The notes: generated from the letters alone by a model not told the origin. 64,000 nt of DNA from an uncultured Pseudomonadota bacterium (GCA_963843375.1 CAWJKT010000006.1:32001-96000); one strand, 5' to 3'. Shown: positions 17,885 to 28,601, numbered from the stretch's first letter. Made by a program: numbers and translations.

Positions 17885-18967
17885 TTACTGGATAATTTTA
17901 CGGATCAGTTGGTTGAATGTATCCGCCACATAGACATTCCCCGAGGTATCGACCGCGACTCCCTCGGGGAGAAAAAACGACGCTGCGGTTGCAGGGCCAT
18001 TGGCGGAGCCATCAGCCAATGATCCCGCCAGAGTCGTGACCACGCCCCCGCTTGTGATTTTACGGACCACGGCATTATTGGTATCCCCCACATAGACATT
18101 CCCCGAGGCATCGACCGCGACTCCAAAGGGATAATAAAACGTCGCCGCGGTCCCGGTTCCGTTGTTGTATCCTCCGCTGCCCGCTCCCGCCAGGGTCGTG
18201 ACCACCCCACCGCTTGTAATTTTCCGGATTAAGCAGTAGTACGAATCGGCCACATAGACATTTCCCGAGGTATCGACCGCGACTCCGCTGGGACTATCAA
18301 ACGACGCCGCTGTTCCAGTTCCGTTGGCGGATCCCGGACTGCCCGACCCCGCCAGGGTCGTGACAAAGCCCCCGCTTGTAATTTCACGGATCATGTTGTT
18401 GCCCGTGTCCGCCACATAGACATTCCCCGAGTTATCGACCGCGATTCCAGGGGGTTGACTAAACGACGCCGCTTTTCCTGTTCCATTAACAGCGCAACAA
18501 GGGCCTCCACCAGCCAAGGTGGTAACCACACCCCCCGGCGTAATTTTACGGATCAGGCTATTGAACGTATCCGCCACATAGACATTCCCCGAGTTATCGA
18601 CCGCGACTCCATAGGGTTCATCAAACTGCGCCGCTGTTCCCGTTCCATTAGCGTATCCGCCGTTTCCCGCCTGCCCCGCCAGGGTCGTAACCACGCCCCC
18701 GCTTGTGATTTTACGGATCACGCTGTTGAGTGTATCCGCCACATAGACATTCCCCGAGGTATCAACTGCGACTCCATAGGGATAATTGAACGACGCCGCT
18801 GTTGCCGGTCCATTGGTGAATCCAATGACCCCCACTTGACCTGCCAGAGTCGTAACCTTGACGGTGTTGGCGGCATTAGTCACGGGACCAGTGATATAGG
18901 TTTTAGAACAGGCCAGGGGGGAAAAAACCGCAGATAAAAATACAACCGCGATAAAAATTCGTTTCAT
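17885..18967 (-). CDS. NHL-repeat beta-propeller lipoprotein
   Basis: Lipobox PLAC; six repeats of P.GVAVD.SGNVYVAD..N..IRKIT.GGVVTTLAG. Confidence 0.9.
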   Translation of the reverse strand: MKRIFIAVVFLSAVFSPLACSKTYITGPVTNAANTVKVTTLAGQVGVIGFTNGPATAASFNYPYGVAVDTSGNVYVADTLNSVIRKITSGGVVTTLAGQAGNGGYANGTGTAAQFDEPYGVAVDNSGNVYVADTFNSLIRKITPGGVVTTLAGGGPCCAVNGTGKAASFSQPPGIAVDNSGNVYVADTGNNMIREITSGGFVTTLAGSGSPGSANGTGTAASFDSPSGVAVDTSGNVYVADSYYCLIRKITSGGVVTTLAGAGSGGYNNGTGTAATFYYPFGVAVDASGNVYVGDTNNAVVRKITSGGVVTTLAGSLADGSANGPATAASFFLPEGVAVDTSGNVYVADTFNQLIRKIIQ

Positions 18968-19048
18968 GCCTACCCCTCAACTCCACAATTTGAAACATAT
19001 GTAAAAGTTAACTATGAGTTTGGATTATATCGCTTTTTGAGGGTGGTT

Positions 19049-19078
19049 TTGTCCAATCCGGGTCCCCGTCGTGGATAA
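19049..19078 (+). repeat. Cassette site 6
   Basis: TTGTCCAATCCGGGTCCCCGTCGTGGATAA. Confidence 0.9.
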
Positions 19079-19098
19079 ACCTCAAACCATGAAATGAA

Positions 19099-19326
19099 TT
19101 ATTCTGTCTTAGGCAAAACCAAGGGCGAAACTTGCTTTGCTCCCCGTTTGGCTATTCCGCTAACCTTTCGGACGGGCTTCGACTTCTTGGAATGGTGACC
19201 CGTTTTCATTTCTTTTTCATGGTCAAGGACCCACTGGGGTTTTGGGTTTGCCTGAGTGGATTGGGCCCAAGCTCCCGTACCCGCCAACGCCGCCAATAGA
19301 ATAACCGCCCATAAAAAATTCTTCAT
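19099..19326 (-). CDS. Small secreted hypothetical protein
   Basis: Signal peptide MKNFLWAVILLAALAGTGAWA preceded by an AAGGA RBS. Confidence 0.55.
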   Translation of the reverse strand: MKNFLWAVILLAALAGTGAWAQSTQANPKPQWVLDHEKEMKTGHHSKKSKPVRKVSGIAKRGAKQVSPLVLPKTE

Positions 19327-19381
19327 GATTTTATTTCCTTTGATGAGGGTTTTCATCCAGACATCCCGCATGCGTCCTTTA

Positions 19382-20920
19382 TTATTCAAGTGTGCAGCCT
19401 TCGGCTGTTAGTTCCGCTTTTTCAGTCGCTACATTCGAGCCTGTCAGAGGGTTGCCGATTAAAACCTCAATAGTGGCTGCGTTTGTACCGAGCCCCGTGT
19501 TGTTTACCAAGGGCTGCAAATCCGTGATCTGGTTATTATCAAGGTACAACTCATACAAATTCGGCAACCCAGACAGGGCGGTTAAGGTGCTGATCTGATT
19601 GTTGTTGAGAATCAGGCCGTTCAATTGCGTCAACCCGGCCAGGGACGTAATGTCGGTTATCGAGTTATAAGAAAGGTTCAGGGTAGGCAAATTCGTCAAA
19701 TTAGATAGGCCCGTGGCGCTAGTGATCAGGTTATGGGTGAGAGTGAGGTCGGTCAATTGCGTCATACCGGATAGAGCCGTAACGCTGCTGATTGAGTTGT
19801 TGTTGAGATACAAGGTTTGCAATTGAGTCATTCCGGATAGGGCCGTAACGCTGCTAATCTGGTTGCTATCAAGGGCCAAATAAATCAAATTCGTCATCCC
19901 GGACAGGGCCGTGACGCTGCTGATCGTGTTGCCGTCAAGGAAAAGGTAAGTCAAATTCGTCATTCCAGACAGGGCCGTTACGCTGCTAATTAAGTTACTA
20001 TCGAGGTCCAGGTTTTGCAATTGGGTCATCCCGGACAGAGCCGTGACGTCACTGATCTGATTGCTGCCAAGGTACAGGGTCGTCAAATGTGTCAGCCCGG
20101 ACAGTGCCGTTAAGTTGCTGCCAGTGAGAGAGTCTTTGGAGATATCCAGGTAGGTTAAATTCGTCAGACCGGATAGGCCCGTTGTGATGTCGCTGATCGG
20201 ATTGGAACCGAGTGGGTCGTTGCCGCTGATGTCCAGGTAGGTCAAACCAGTGAGACCGGAGATGGGAGTAAGGACAGCGATGCTGTTATTATCCAGATCC
20301 AGGTAGGTCATGCTGGTGCAATATTCCAGTCCTTCCAGGTTCACGATACCGGCAGCGCCAGCCTGCAATGAGGTAATGGTGGCCATATCGCATTCGGTGA
20401 TGGTATCCGCGGTGCTTGCAATGATCCCGTTAGTGATCAATACGCTTTGAATGGCCGCCAAAAGATTAGCATCCGGGATACTTACGGCCGCTGAAGAGCA
20501 AGGGGCGGTTGGCGTTACGGTCGGGGTGCTTGTAGCGGGGCCGGTAGTTTCGGTTTTAGTCGGAGTAGCCGTTTTTGTGAGTGTGGGGGTAAAAGTATAC
20601 GTATAGAGGGGTGTATTGGTGATAGTGAAGGTACTGGTTGGCGTATCGGTAATGGTCGGCGAATGAGTGGGGGTTGGGGATAAAGTGTTGGTAGGAGTAT
20701 TCGTATTGGTAAATGTGTTGGTAAAGGTAAAGGTAGATGTGGGGGTGCAAGTAGGTGAAGTTCCAATCCAGCAGGCCTGGGTGAAGGTGAAAGTGGGCGT
20801 ATCGAGCACATAGAGGGTGACCGGTGCGGGGCTGGCGGGATTGTTTTTGCCGGGGCAGCCGATGGTTAAAAAGGCGGCTCCAGCCAGAAGGGCAAAAATT
20901 CCCGCGATACGTAACTTCAT
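19382..20920 (-). CDS. Internalin-like leucine-rich-repeat lipoprotein with Thr/Pro linker
   Basis: Lipobox LTIGC; TP linker; IPDANL cap; many 22-aa LRRs (LSGMTQL..L.L.SNQISSVTA). Confidence 0.88.
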   Translation of the reverse strand: MKLRIAGIFALLAGAAFLTIGCPGKNNPASPAPVTLYVLDTPTFTFTQACWIGTSPTCTPTSTFTFTNTFTNTNTPTNTLSPTPTHSPTITDTPTSTFTITNTPLYTYTFTPTLTKTATPTKTETTGPATSTPTVTPTAPCSSAAVSIPDANLLAAIQSVLITNGIIASTADTITECDMATITSLQAGAAGIVNLEGLEYCTSMTYLDLDNNSIAVLTPISGLTGLTYLDISGNDPLGSNPISDITTGLSGLTNLTYLDISKDSLTGSNLTALSGLTHLTTLYLGSNQISDVTALSGMTQLQNLDLDSNLISSVTALSGMTNLTYLFLDGNTISSVTALSGMTNLIYLALDSNQISSVTALSGMTQLQTLYLNNNSISSVTALSGMTQLTDLTLTHNLITSATGLSNLTNLPTLNLSYNSITDITSLAGLTQLNGLILNNNQISTLTALSGLPNLYELYLDNNQITDLQPLVNNTGLGTNAATIEVLIGNPLTGSNVATEKAELTAEGCTLE

Positions 20921-20980
20921 TATGGCCTCTTCCATTCTAAAAATTTTCCGTAAAAACACCCAACCCACTCGTGACTTTAT

Positions 20981-22000
20981 TTATTGGACTATTACGTTGT
21001 CAATGTAGAGGTTGACTGTGCTCCAGGAGGTGGAAGTGTTTCCGGCATAAAGTTGAATCCCGAATTGCCATATATTTGAAGGATCCACGCCTCCCTGGTT
21101 TGCGGGAATTGAAACCTGGGTCCAAGCGCCAATGGTCAAGGCAGAAAAGGCCAAACCCTGCCAGTTAAAACTGGGGCCGCCCTCTTGGACAAAAAGCTGT
21201 CCGTTGCCTTCGTTGCTGGGGTTCGCATCCACATAATAATACAGGCTGATGGTCTCACCCGTTAAATTGGTGTTTTCGTCTAGATCCGAGGGATCGCCAA
21301 AATCATACTGGATATTCGCCGCTTGGCCCGCCGCCCCGAAAGGGATTTGGATCCACGCGGAATTGGAGCCCGAATAAGCTTCGGCGGTTGAAATCGAAAG
21401 GGCGGGTACTGCCAAGGGGACCGTACTTCCGTTACCGGAAGCCCAGCCGGCGGGCACCGAACTACTGCCGTCGAAATTCCACGACAAAGTAGATGCGTAA
21501 ACAGTAGAAGTGGCGGTAGGAGTCGCTGTAGCGGTCATCGTAGGCGGCGGGGTGATGGTTGAGGTGTTAGTGGGCGTTTCCGTCGCAGTGGGAGTAATCG
21601 TGGACGTTGAAGTCAAAGCACCTGTAATTGTGGCGGTTGGAGTTCCGGTATTAGTGGAAGTCGCTGAATGGGTCGGCGTGTTTGTCGCTGTAGGAGTGGC
21701 TGTGTTGGTTGTTGATGTTAAGGTCCTAGTGGGAGTCGAAGTAGCGGTACTCGTCTGGACGACCGTGAGGGTTAAAGTTTGTGAAACCGCCGCGGTCGCG
21801 GTTTGAACCGCCGTTTGAGTAGCCTGCACAATCCAAGTGGCGGTCGGGGGGGCTGGAGTAGCGGTGACACCAATAATGACCGTTACAGGCGCGGGACTCG
21901 CGGGATTGGAACTTCCACAAGAGGTAATAAAAGACGCGGCGGCGGCAATGAGAATTGAAAATAAACCTAAAGTAAAGATTCCGACCGAACGAAATTTCAT
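20981..22000 (-). CDS. Lipoprotein with Thr-rich stalk and C-terminal beta-sandwich (CBM-like) domain
   Basis: Lipobox ITSC; long T-rich linker; WNFD...LYIDNV terminal domain. Confidence 0.65.
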   Translation of the reverse strand: MKFRSVGIFTLGLFSILIAAAASFITSCGSSNPASPAPVTVIIGVTATPAPPTATWIVQATQTAVQTATAAVSQTLTLTVVQTSTATSTPTRTLTSTTNTATPTATNTPTHSATSTNTGTPTATITGALTSTSTITPTATETPTNTSTITPPPTMTATATPTATSTVYASTLSWNFDGSSSVPAGWASGNGSTVPLAVPALSISTAEAYSGSNSAWIQIPFGAAGQAANIQYDFGDPSDLDENTNLTGETISLYYYVDANPSNEGNGQLFVQEGGPSFNWQGLAFSALTIGAWTQVSIPANQGGVDPSNIWQFGIQLYAGNTSTSWSTVNLYIDNVIVQ

Positions 22001-22279
22001 TGTAATAACCACAATTCGAAATAGAGCGGTGAAGGGCGTGGGAAAGTGTTTAACTTTGAGGATTATGAATGAGAAGAAGAGAGGTTTGCCAGAAAATAAA
22101 CGATAGAAAAAGGTGCTTTTTGTTGGGTAATTGGGTGACTAGACCTATTGAGTCGCAGAAAATGGCTCCAGGCCATCGGCCTGGAATTGCAAACAACTGG
22201 GTCACCCTTATCTAAAAGTTTAAACAGCCTGAGGCAAAGCCGAGCATCTGTTTTCATGCCGCATCCTTCATATTTTTGT

Positions 22280-22309
22280 TTGTCCACCCTGGGTCCCCGC
22301 CGTGGACAA
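22280..22309 (+). repeat. Cassette site 7
   Basis: TTGTCCACCCTGGGTCCCCGCCGTGGACAA. Confidence 0.9.
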
Positions 22310-22315
22310 CCAAAT

Positions 22316-22690
22316 CTAATCAAAATTCTCGTTCTTATGCAAAACGCTTTTTAATTTTTTATCTAAAGTCCAAACCTTTGCGTTTGAATCCCGCGCGGAA
22401 ATAATCAAGACCGCATCGATCAAGCCGATCCCGCGATCACTCCATTTGTTTCGAGAGGACAATTCACCCGCCTTCACCCAGGCATCCTGTATTTGATTTT
22501 TAGGCAGATTTTCCCAAAATCCCAAAAGGATCCGTCTTTCACGATCATCCTTGGCGCCTTGGAGTAATTCGCCGAAAACAGGTTCGACCGCGAGGACTTG
22601 GCGTTCCTCCAACATTTTTTTCATTTGATCAAGAAAGGGTTGATGGCCCTTAAGAAACTCCACCCAAATGGAGGTATCTACAAGGATCAT
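22316..22690 (-). CDS. vapC: VapC PIN-domain toxin
   Basis: MILVDTSIWVEFL...ELLQG...IDAVL...WTLDK. Confidence 0.9.
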   Translation of the reverse strand: MILVDTSIWVEFLKGHQPFLDQMKKMLEERQVLAVEPVFGELLQGAKDDRERRILLGFWENLPKNQIQDAWVKAGELSSRNKWSDRGIGLIDAVLIISARDSNAKVWTLDKKLKSVLHKNENFD

Positions 22691-22902
22691 GATTTTCTGT
22701 TAGTGGCTCGAATGCGGGGGGAGGAATAGGTTTTAGAGAACCTCAGAGGATGCGCAAGAACCAATTGATTCAAATCTCTGATTTTTTGCTGTTGGTTCCA
22801 TTCCGATAATGCCTTGACGAGCGATTCCGTAAGGTTTTTGCCTTTGGCAAAACCCTGGACTTCCTGGACAAGTTTATCGGGCAAGAGCGCGGTAACTTTC
22901 AT
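22687..22902 (-). CDS. vapB: VapB-type antitoxin
   Basis: MKVTALLPDKLVQEV...NLTESLVKAL; GAGG RBS; overlaps the vapC start. Confidence 0.75.
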   Translation of the reverse strand: MKVTALLPDKLVQEVQGFAKGKNLTESLVKALSEWNQQQKIRDLNQLVLAHPLRFSKTYSSPRIRATNRKS

Positions 22903-22908
22903 GGCCTC

Positions 22909-22933
22909 ATTATACGATAGGCCATCGTATAAT
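22909..22933. promoter_or_regulatory. Palindromic operator of the vapBC cassette
   Basis: Perfect 10-bp arms ATTATACGAT-AGGCC-ATCGTATAAT, containing TATAAT, immediately upstream of the antitoxin. Confidence 0.7.
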
Positions 22934-22949
22934 TCCAACCCATATTTAG

Positions 22950-22979
22950 GTGTCCACGAAGGGTCCCCATCCTGGACAA
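22950..22979 (+). repeat. Cassette site 8
   Basis: GTGTCCACGAAGGGTCCCCATCCTGGACAA. Confidence 0.9.
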
Positions 22980-23005
22980 CCAAATTGGCCCGGATATGTC
23001 CCTTC

Positions 23006-23434
23006 TTACTTTTTCCGAGGGACAAACCAGGCATTATCTTTAAGCGCCATCCCCAATTGCGGGCCCACTCGTTCGTAATAAGAAACTGCGTCCGGCGCGG
23101 AAATCAACAGAAGCATGGATTCTTCACCTGCGGCTTTTTGGGTCAGCTGGATCAATTCGGTGCCAATTCCTTTTCGTTGATAAGCCTGATCCACCGCCAG
23201 GTCCGATAGATAACAAGCATAACTGAAATCGGTGAGTGACCTGGCGATCCCCACCAATTTTTGGCCGTCCCAGGCCCCGAATATCAAATTCGAGTTCTCG
23301 ATCATTTTGTGGATGCGGTTCAAATCCGAGAAAGGCCTATTGATCCCGGACCGGCGGTAAAGGTCCGCGACCAAATCGGCCCTAATTTTTTCATCCCGGC
23401 GATAAGAAATTTTATCCAATTTGTCGCTCATCAT
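23006..23434 (-). CDS. GNAT-family N-acetyltransferase
   Basis: LVGIARSLTDFSYACYLSDLAVDQAYQRKGIG acetyl-CoA motif A. Confidence 0.9.
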   Translation of the reverse strand: MMSDKLDKISYRRDEKIRADLVADLYRRSGINRPFSDLNRIHKMIENSNLIFGAWDGQKLVGIARSLTDFSYACYLSDLAVDQAYQRKGIGTELIQLTQKAAGEESMLLLISAPDAVSYYERVGPQLGMALKDNAWFVPRKK

Positions 23435-23465
23435 CGTTCCTTTTCGGCGGGAATCGGGTATTGCA

Positions 23466-23495
23466 CTGTCCACGATGGGTCCCCATCGTGGGCAA
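23466..23495 (+). repeat. Cassette site 9
   Basis: CTGTCCACGATGGGTCCCCATCGTGGGCAA. Confidence 0.9.
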
Positions 23496-23535
23496 GTTTC
23501 GAAACCAGAATTTGAAATCGCTCCTTCTTAAGTTG

Positions 23536-24228
23536 TCAATTTTCTTGAACAACTTCCATCGTCCGGAAATTATAAGCAGAGTTTCGATAGACACCCACGG
23601 CGTCGCGGTCCTCCGTGCAAGTTGCGGGACGGCAACGGAAATTAGCCGTCCAGCGAGGGGACTTTGAGCGGTTCATACCCACCCTATGCCAGGTGAAACT
23701 GTGGAGGAGAACTAGGGTTCCAGCCTTAGGGTGCAGGGCCAGTTCCCCCGGAAGGGGTTCATGGTTGGGGCCCGGCGGTATCCTGCCGCGTTTATGGGAA
23801 CCGGGGACGAAAATGATTCCACCAGCTTCCGGCAATACGTCTCGGGGATAGACCACCCGGTTCAGGACGAACTTAGTGGGGTCATTGCAAGGCGTATCCT
23901 GGTGCCAAGCCTGCCCGGTTGAGGGCCGGGTCTGCATCACCAAACAGTACTGATAAATGAAATTCGGCCCCAAGAGGGCGGTTGTCAATTCTTCCAGCCG
24001 GGGGTGCCGGGCCAAGGCATCGAAAGCATCGCCTTTACCCGCCCAAGGATCCGTGAAGGTTTCATATTGGAAAAAATTCTCAGGCTTTATCCCCGGAGGC
24101 GCGGAGGCGTAGTGTTGCTGAATTTTGGCGTCCACCTCGCCCAGTTCCCCGGGGGTGAAGAAACTTTCCAAAACCAGGGCACCGTCGTTCCAAAAACGCG
24201 GAATTAGTTCTTTAATCAAATCCATCAA
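23536..24228 (-). CDS. Phytanoyl-CoA dioxygenase (PhyH) family Fe/2-oxoglutarate oxygenase
   Basis: WHQD, FVPGSHK, TWHR and the downstream Arg motif. Confidence 0.85.
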   Translation of the reverse strand: MMDLIKELIPRFWNDGALVLESFFTPGELGEVDAKIQQHYASAPPGIKPENFFQYETFTDPWAGKGDAFDALARHPRLEELTTALLGPNFIYQYCLVMQTRPSTGQAWHQDTPCNDPTKFVLNRVVYPRDVLPEAGGIIFVPGSHKRGRIPPGPNHEPLPGELALHPKAGTLVLLHSFTWHRVGMNRSKSPRWTANFRCRPATCTEDRDAVGVYRNSAYNFRTMEVVQEN

Positions 24229-24287
24229 AGCTCACCTTCATCGGAAATATTGGTTCTTTTCAGAATTCGCCTATTAATACATTTTCC

Positions 24288-24317
24288 CAGTCCACGAAGG
24301 GTCCCCGTCGTGGACAA
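24288..24317 (+). repeat. Cassette site 10
   Basis: CAGTCCACGAAGGGTCCCCGTCGTGGACAA. Confidence 0.92.
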
Positions 24318-24384
24318 CCATTAAACGCTTTAGCCCACATCACCATCGTTTTCGAAGGATTAAATTCTGGTGCCCAATAGGCCT

Positions 24385-24759
24385 TCAGTTATTTTTTAAT
24401 AATCCAATATAAATTAATCCAATTATTGCCAAAAGCACTGAACCACTAAGTCCTGCTCCATGGATGCCCCACACATCTTCTTTGGGTGTAACCACAAATA
24501 CATACAAAGCAATAAAAACATAAAATAACAAACCATGAGCAATTATTTTTTTATTCAAATTTCTAAAAGACCACATAATTAATGGACTTAATAAAATAAA
24601 TACTGCGGTACTAACTATTAATGCTACAGGTAAAACACCTGGTAAGCGAAGAGCAGGTTCTAAAGACTTATGCAGCAAAGGACCGCTGAAAGCGAAAATG
24701 AATCCCAAAAAAACAGCGCCGAACCAAGTTGCTGCTATTAAAAAAATTTTATTTAACAT
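24385..24759 (-). CDS. Hypothetical four-TM membrane protein
   Basis: AT-rich ORF with four hydrophobic segments; GGAG RBS. Confidence 0.6.
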   Translation of the reverse strand: MLNKIFLIAATWFGAVFLGFIFAFSGPLLHKSLEPALRLPGVLPVALIVSTAVFILLSPLIMWSFRNLNKKIIAHGLLFYVFIALYVFVVTPKEDVWGIHGAGLSGSVLLAIIGLIYIGLLKNN

Positions 24760-24783
24760 TTTCTCCCAACCCGAGCAGTTTTC

Positions 24784-24813
24784 TTGTCCACGACGGGTCC
24801 CCGTCGTGGACAG
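24784..24813 (+). repeat. Cassette site 11
   Basis: TTGTCCACGACGGGTCCCCGTCGTGGACAG. Confidence 0.95.
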
Positions 24814-24818
24814 GGTAA

Positions 24819-25736
<918 letters not shown>

Positions 25737-25774
25737 TTACACTTGGTCCGATGTGTAACAGTGAGAGAACCCCT

Positions 25775-26707
25775 TTAAGCTTCACCAACCCCCGCCATCT
25801 GCTCGCGCAACTTAGCCACATCCTTGGTGGGGGCCCCGCCAAAGAACCGGCCGTATTCCCGGCTGAACTGGGAGGCGCTGATATAGCCCACCTGACGGCT
25901 GGCCAACCCCGCGTCCATCATAGAGGAAATCATTAAGCGCCGTGCCTCCTGCAGCCGCAGAACCTTCTGGAATTGGAGTGGGCTCATGGAGGTCACTGAC
26001 CTGAAATGCGTATGGAAAGTGGAGGAGCTCATATTGGCAAGCTTGGCCAGCGCTTCCATTTTGACGGGCTGGGAAAAATTTGCGCGGAGCCAATCCACCG
26101 CTTTGGCTACGCCCTGCATACCGGAATCGGCAAGGCCGATCTGGGCCACCCGTGGACCCATGGGGCTCCTGAGCAGGCGGATCCAAATCTCCTCCTGAAT
26201 GAGTGGGCCGAGCAGTTGGGCCTCTTCAGGGTGGGGAATCAATTCCAGCAAACGGATAGCGGCGTTGATGATCTTGGAGTCGGACCGGCCCAGGTAAATG
26301 GCGCGGTTCTCACGGGCCGGGGGCAAACCGTGGGGATAGACCTTCAAGGTCAGCTCGGCGATCTTTTGGGGGTTGAGGTCCAGCCTCAGGCCCAGGAAAG
26401 GTTCTACGTGGCTGGCCCGCAAGACCTGGAAAGCCACGGGCATTTCCAAAGAATAAACGATCATCTTCGAGGCGTCGTACTCAAAGACCTCCCGGCCCAA
26501 AAGGACACTTTTGGCGCCTTGGGCAATGACGCAAAGACCCGCTAGCGCGATACCCTGGGCCGGCTCGGAGGTTTTTTTTGAGCGGCGGATGGCATGGACC
26601 CCAGGGATCTTGGTCTCGAAACTGCCGTCGTAAGGGGCGTAAGTCTTGATCAATTCGCCTAACCGGGGGACTTCCCCGGCGGACTTTCCGTAATTGAATG
26701 CCTTCAT
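25775..26707 (-). CDS. AraC-family transcriptional regulator (AraC_N, YqhC-like)
   Basis: LCVIAQGAK N-domain; MSPLQFQKVLRLQEARRL...VGY.SASQFSREY.R.FG. Confidence 0.92.
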   Translation of the reverse strand: MKAFNYGKSAGEVPRLGELIKTYAPYDGSFETKIPGVHAIRRSKKTSEPAQGIALAGLCVIAQGAKSVLLGREVFEYDASKMIVYSLEMPVAFQVLRASHVEPFLGLRLDLNPQKIAELTLKVYPHGLPPARENRAIYLGRSDSKIINAAIRLLELIPHPEEAQLLGPLIQEEIWIRLLRSPMGPRVAQIGLADSGMQGVAKAVDWLRANFSQPVKMEALAKLANMSSSTFHTHFRSVTSMSPLQFQKVLRLQEARRLMISSMMDAGLASRQVGYISASQFSREYGRFFGGAPTKDVAKLREQMAGVGEA

Positions 26708-26751
26708 GAAAAACCCTCCTTGCCTAAACCGTTACTTATTGTAACGGGTGG

Positions 26752-27069
26752 TTATTTGGAAAACACTTCCTTAGCGATCGTCATGCCGGTCATGGCGCAG
26801 GGCCAGCCGCCGTAGAAGGCCAGATGAGTGATGGCTTCCTTCAGTTCCTCTTTCGTCACCCCATTGTCCAAGGCCCGGCTAAGATGGTGCCGCAATTGGT
26901 CCGGGCGGTTCAGGGCGACCAGTGCCGCCACAGTGATCAAACTGCGGTCCCGTTTCGATAATTCCTTGCGCTCCCAGACATCGTCAAACAACACCTTGTC
27001 GGTCAGTTCGACCAGCTTGGGGGCAAAATCCCCCAACATCTTTTGCGCACCTGTTGGTTCTTTACTCAT
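26752..27069 (-). CDS. Carboxymuconolactone decarboxylase family protein
   Basis: LFDDVW.R..LSKRDRSLIT...HLAFYGGWP. Confidence 0.9.
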   Translation of the reverse strand: MSKEPTGAQKMLGDFAPKLVELTDKVLFDDVWERKELSKRDRSLITVAALVALNRPDQLRHHLSRALDNGVTKEELKEAITHLAFYGGWPCAMTGMTIAKEVFSK

Positions 27070-27089
27070 TTATTTTTCCCCCTTATTTC

Positions 27090-27728
27090 TTAAAACCACT
27101 CAAACCGGTAAGCCATTTCCGATCCTTTTTCCCCACCATAGGCAATCTCGGCCACGATCATGGTAAAAGGTTCGGTGTAGCGGGCCGCTTTCAGGCTGCC
27201 GATATCGTAGGGCTCAAACCCAACGTCGCTGATCAACTTGGCGGCTGTCTTCTTGGCCCCTGAGTCGTCCCCGCAATAGACCAAGCTTGGCCGGGGGCTT
27301 TTGGCCTTAGCCTTAAAGACCCCAAAGAGCACTTCACTAGGAACGGTGTTGAAGGCGCTTACCACCTTGGCTTTGGTAACTTTCTTGGCCAATTCCTCGG
27401 CGCCCGACGTGGTTAGACCTAGGATGAGTTTGGTATTTTGAGCGTCCATTGGGAGGGAGCAGGTCAGGATCACCTTGCCCGATAGGTCCTCGGCTTGTTT
27501 AAGGACCTCGTCCACCCGGGACCAATGCACGGCCAGGAGAAGGACTTCAGCCCCTTGTGCCGCCTCGGCCACCGTACCGGCCTTGGCCTTGCCGCCCGCT
27601 TCCTTGACCAGCCTTTCTAATTTCCCCTTGGTCTTGGCGTAACTAAACACCACCTCGTGTCCGGCCCGTGCCCAGAGAGTACCCAACTTGCCGCCCATCA
27701 AACCCGAACCCAAGATGCCGATTTTCAT
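27090..27728 (-). CDS. NADP oxidoreductase, F420-dependent family
   Basis: MKIGILGSGLMG Rossmann motif, SGAEELA, VVSAFNT, CGDD; start set at the ATG after GGAGG. Confidence 0.85.
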   Translation of the reverse strand: MKIGILGSGLMGGKLGTLWARAGHEVVFSYAKTKGKLERLVKEAGGKAKAGTVAEAAQGAEVLLLAVHWSRVDEVLKQAEDLSGKVILTCSLPMDAQNTKLILGLTTSGAEELAKKVTKAKVVSAFNTVPSEVLFGVFKAKAKSPRPSLVYCGDDSGAKKTAAKLISDVGFEPYDIGSLKAARYTEPFTMIVAEIAYGGEKGSEMAYRFEWF

Positions 27729-27742
27729 AAAAGCCTCCCTTG

Positions 27743-28579
27743 TTAAGTGTGCGCCATGGATGACGAAAGTTCTAAATAAGCTTCGTTCTGCGCCTGAAGA
27801 TCGGCGATTTTCTGCTTCACGGCGCCAACCGCATCGGCGCCCGCGACAAAGCGGCGGGGCGGTTTCTCCTCGTTCGCGATCTTGATCAACGCATCCGCTA
27901 GTTTGGCCGGGTCGTTCGTCTGTTTTCCACCCTGAGATCTCCACCAGATCATCTGTTGTTCACGACGTTCTTTATAATCTTCGATAACGTGCGAAGCATA
28001 GGCCGTCGACTTTTCCGAAAGCAGATCTGTACGGAAGAACCCCGGATTGACCACTGTGGTGTTGATGCCAAAAGGACCGACCTCCGCTTGAATGGACTCC
28101 ATCCAGCCTTCCAGGCCGAATTTTGAGGCGGCATAGGCCGAACAGAACTCAAAACCGATGAGCCCCGCCAGTGAAGTGATGGTGATGATGTGGCCCGATC
28201 GTTGTTTGCGCATTACCGGCAAAATCGCCCGGGTAACGTTCATCGGGCCTATCAGGTTCGTGGCAATCTGTTTCTCGACTTCTTCTGGGGAAAGTTCTTC
28301 AAAGAAGCCCGCGAAGAAATTTCCAGCGTTGTTGACCAGTACGTCAATTTTGCCGAATCGCTCGACAGCGGCTTTTGTGGCCGCCTCCGCGTCGGCAAGC
28401 CGGGTGATATCCAACTTTACTACCAGCAGGTTTTCCGACTTGCCGACCGCTTTTACCACCCCGGCTGTGTCCCGACCAGTAGCAACCACTTCATTGCCGG
28501 CGGCCAGGGCAGCCTTCGCGATATCGATTCCCATCCCACGGCCGGCACCAGTAATGAACCAAACTTTATTGCTTTTCAT
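27743..28579 (-). CDS. Short-chain dehydrogenase/reductase
   Basis: ITGAGRGMG, NNAG, YAASK, VNPG. Confidence 0.92.
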   Translation of the reverse strand: MKSNKVWFITGAGRGMGIDIAKAALAAGNEVVATGRDTAGVVKAVGKSENLLVVKLDITRLADAEAATKAAVERFGKIDVLVNNAGNFFAGFFEELSPEEVEKQIATNLIGPMNVTRAILPVMRKQRSGHIITITSLAGLIGFEFCSAYAASKFGLEGWMESIQAEVGPFGINTTVVNPGFFRTDLLSEKSTAYASHVIEDYKERREQQMIWWRSQGGKQTNDPAKLADALIKIANEEKPPRRFVAGADAVGAVKQKIADLQAQNEAYLELSSSMAHT

Positions 28580-28601
28580 GAGTATCTCCTTTTTTATTCG
28601 A

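Noticed and set aside
17900..20300. Tandem DNA repeats in the NHL and LRR genes as DGR or other nucleotide-level repeat systems
   Set aside because: They correspond to protein repeat units, and no reverse transcriptase is present.
22903..23034. N-terminal extension of the antitoxin ORF across site 8 (and similar extensions at 23473, 27944 and 31706)
   Set aside because: Better starts with RBS or translational coupling exist downstream; the extensions cross sites or overlap neighbouring genes.
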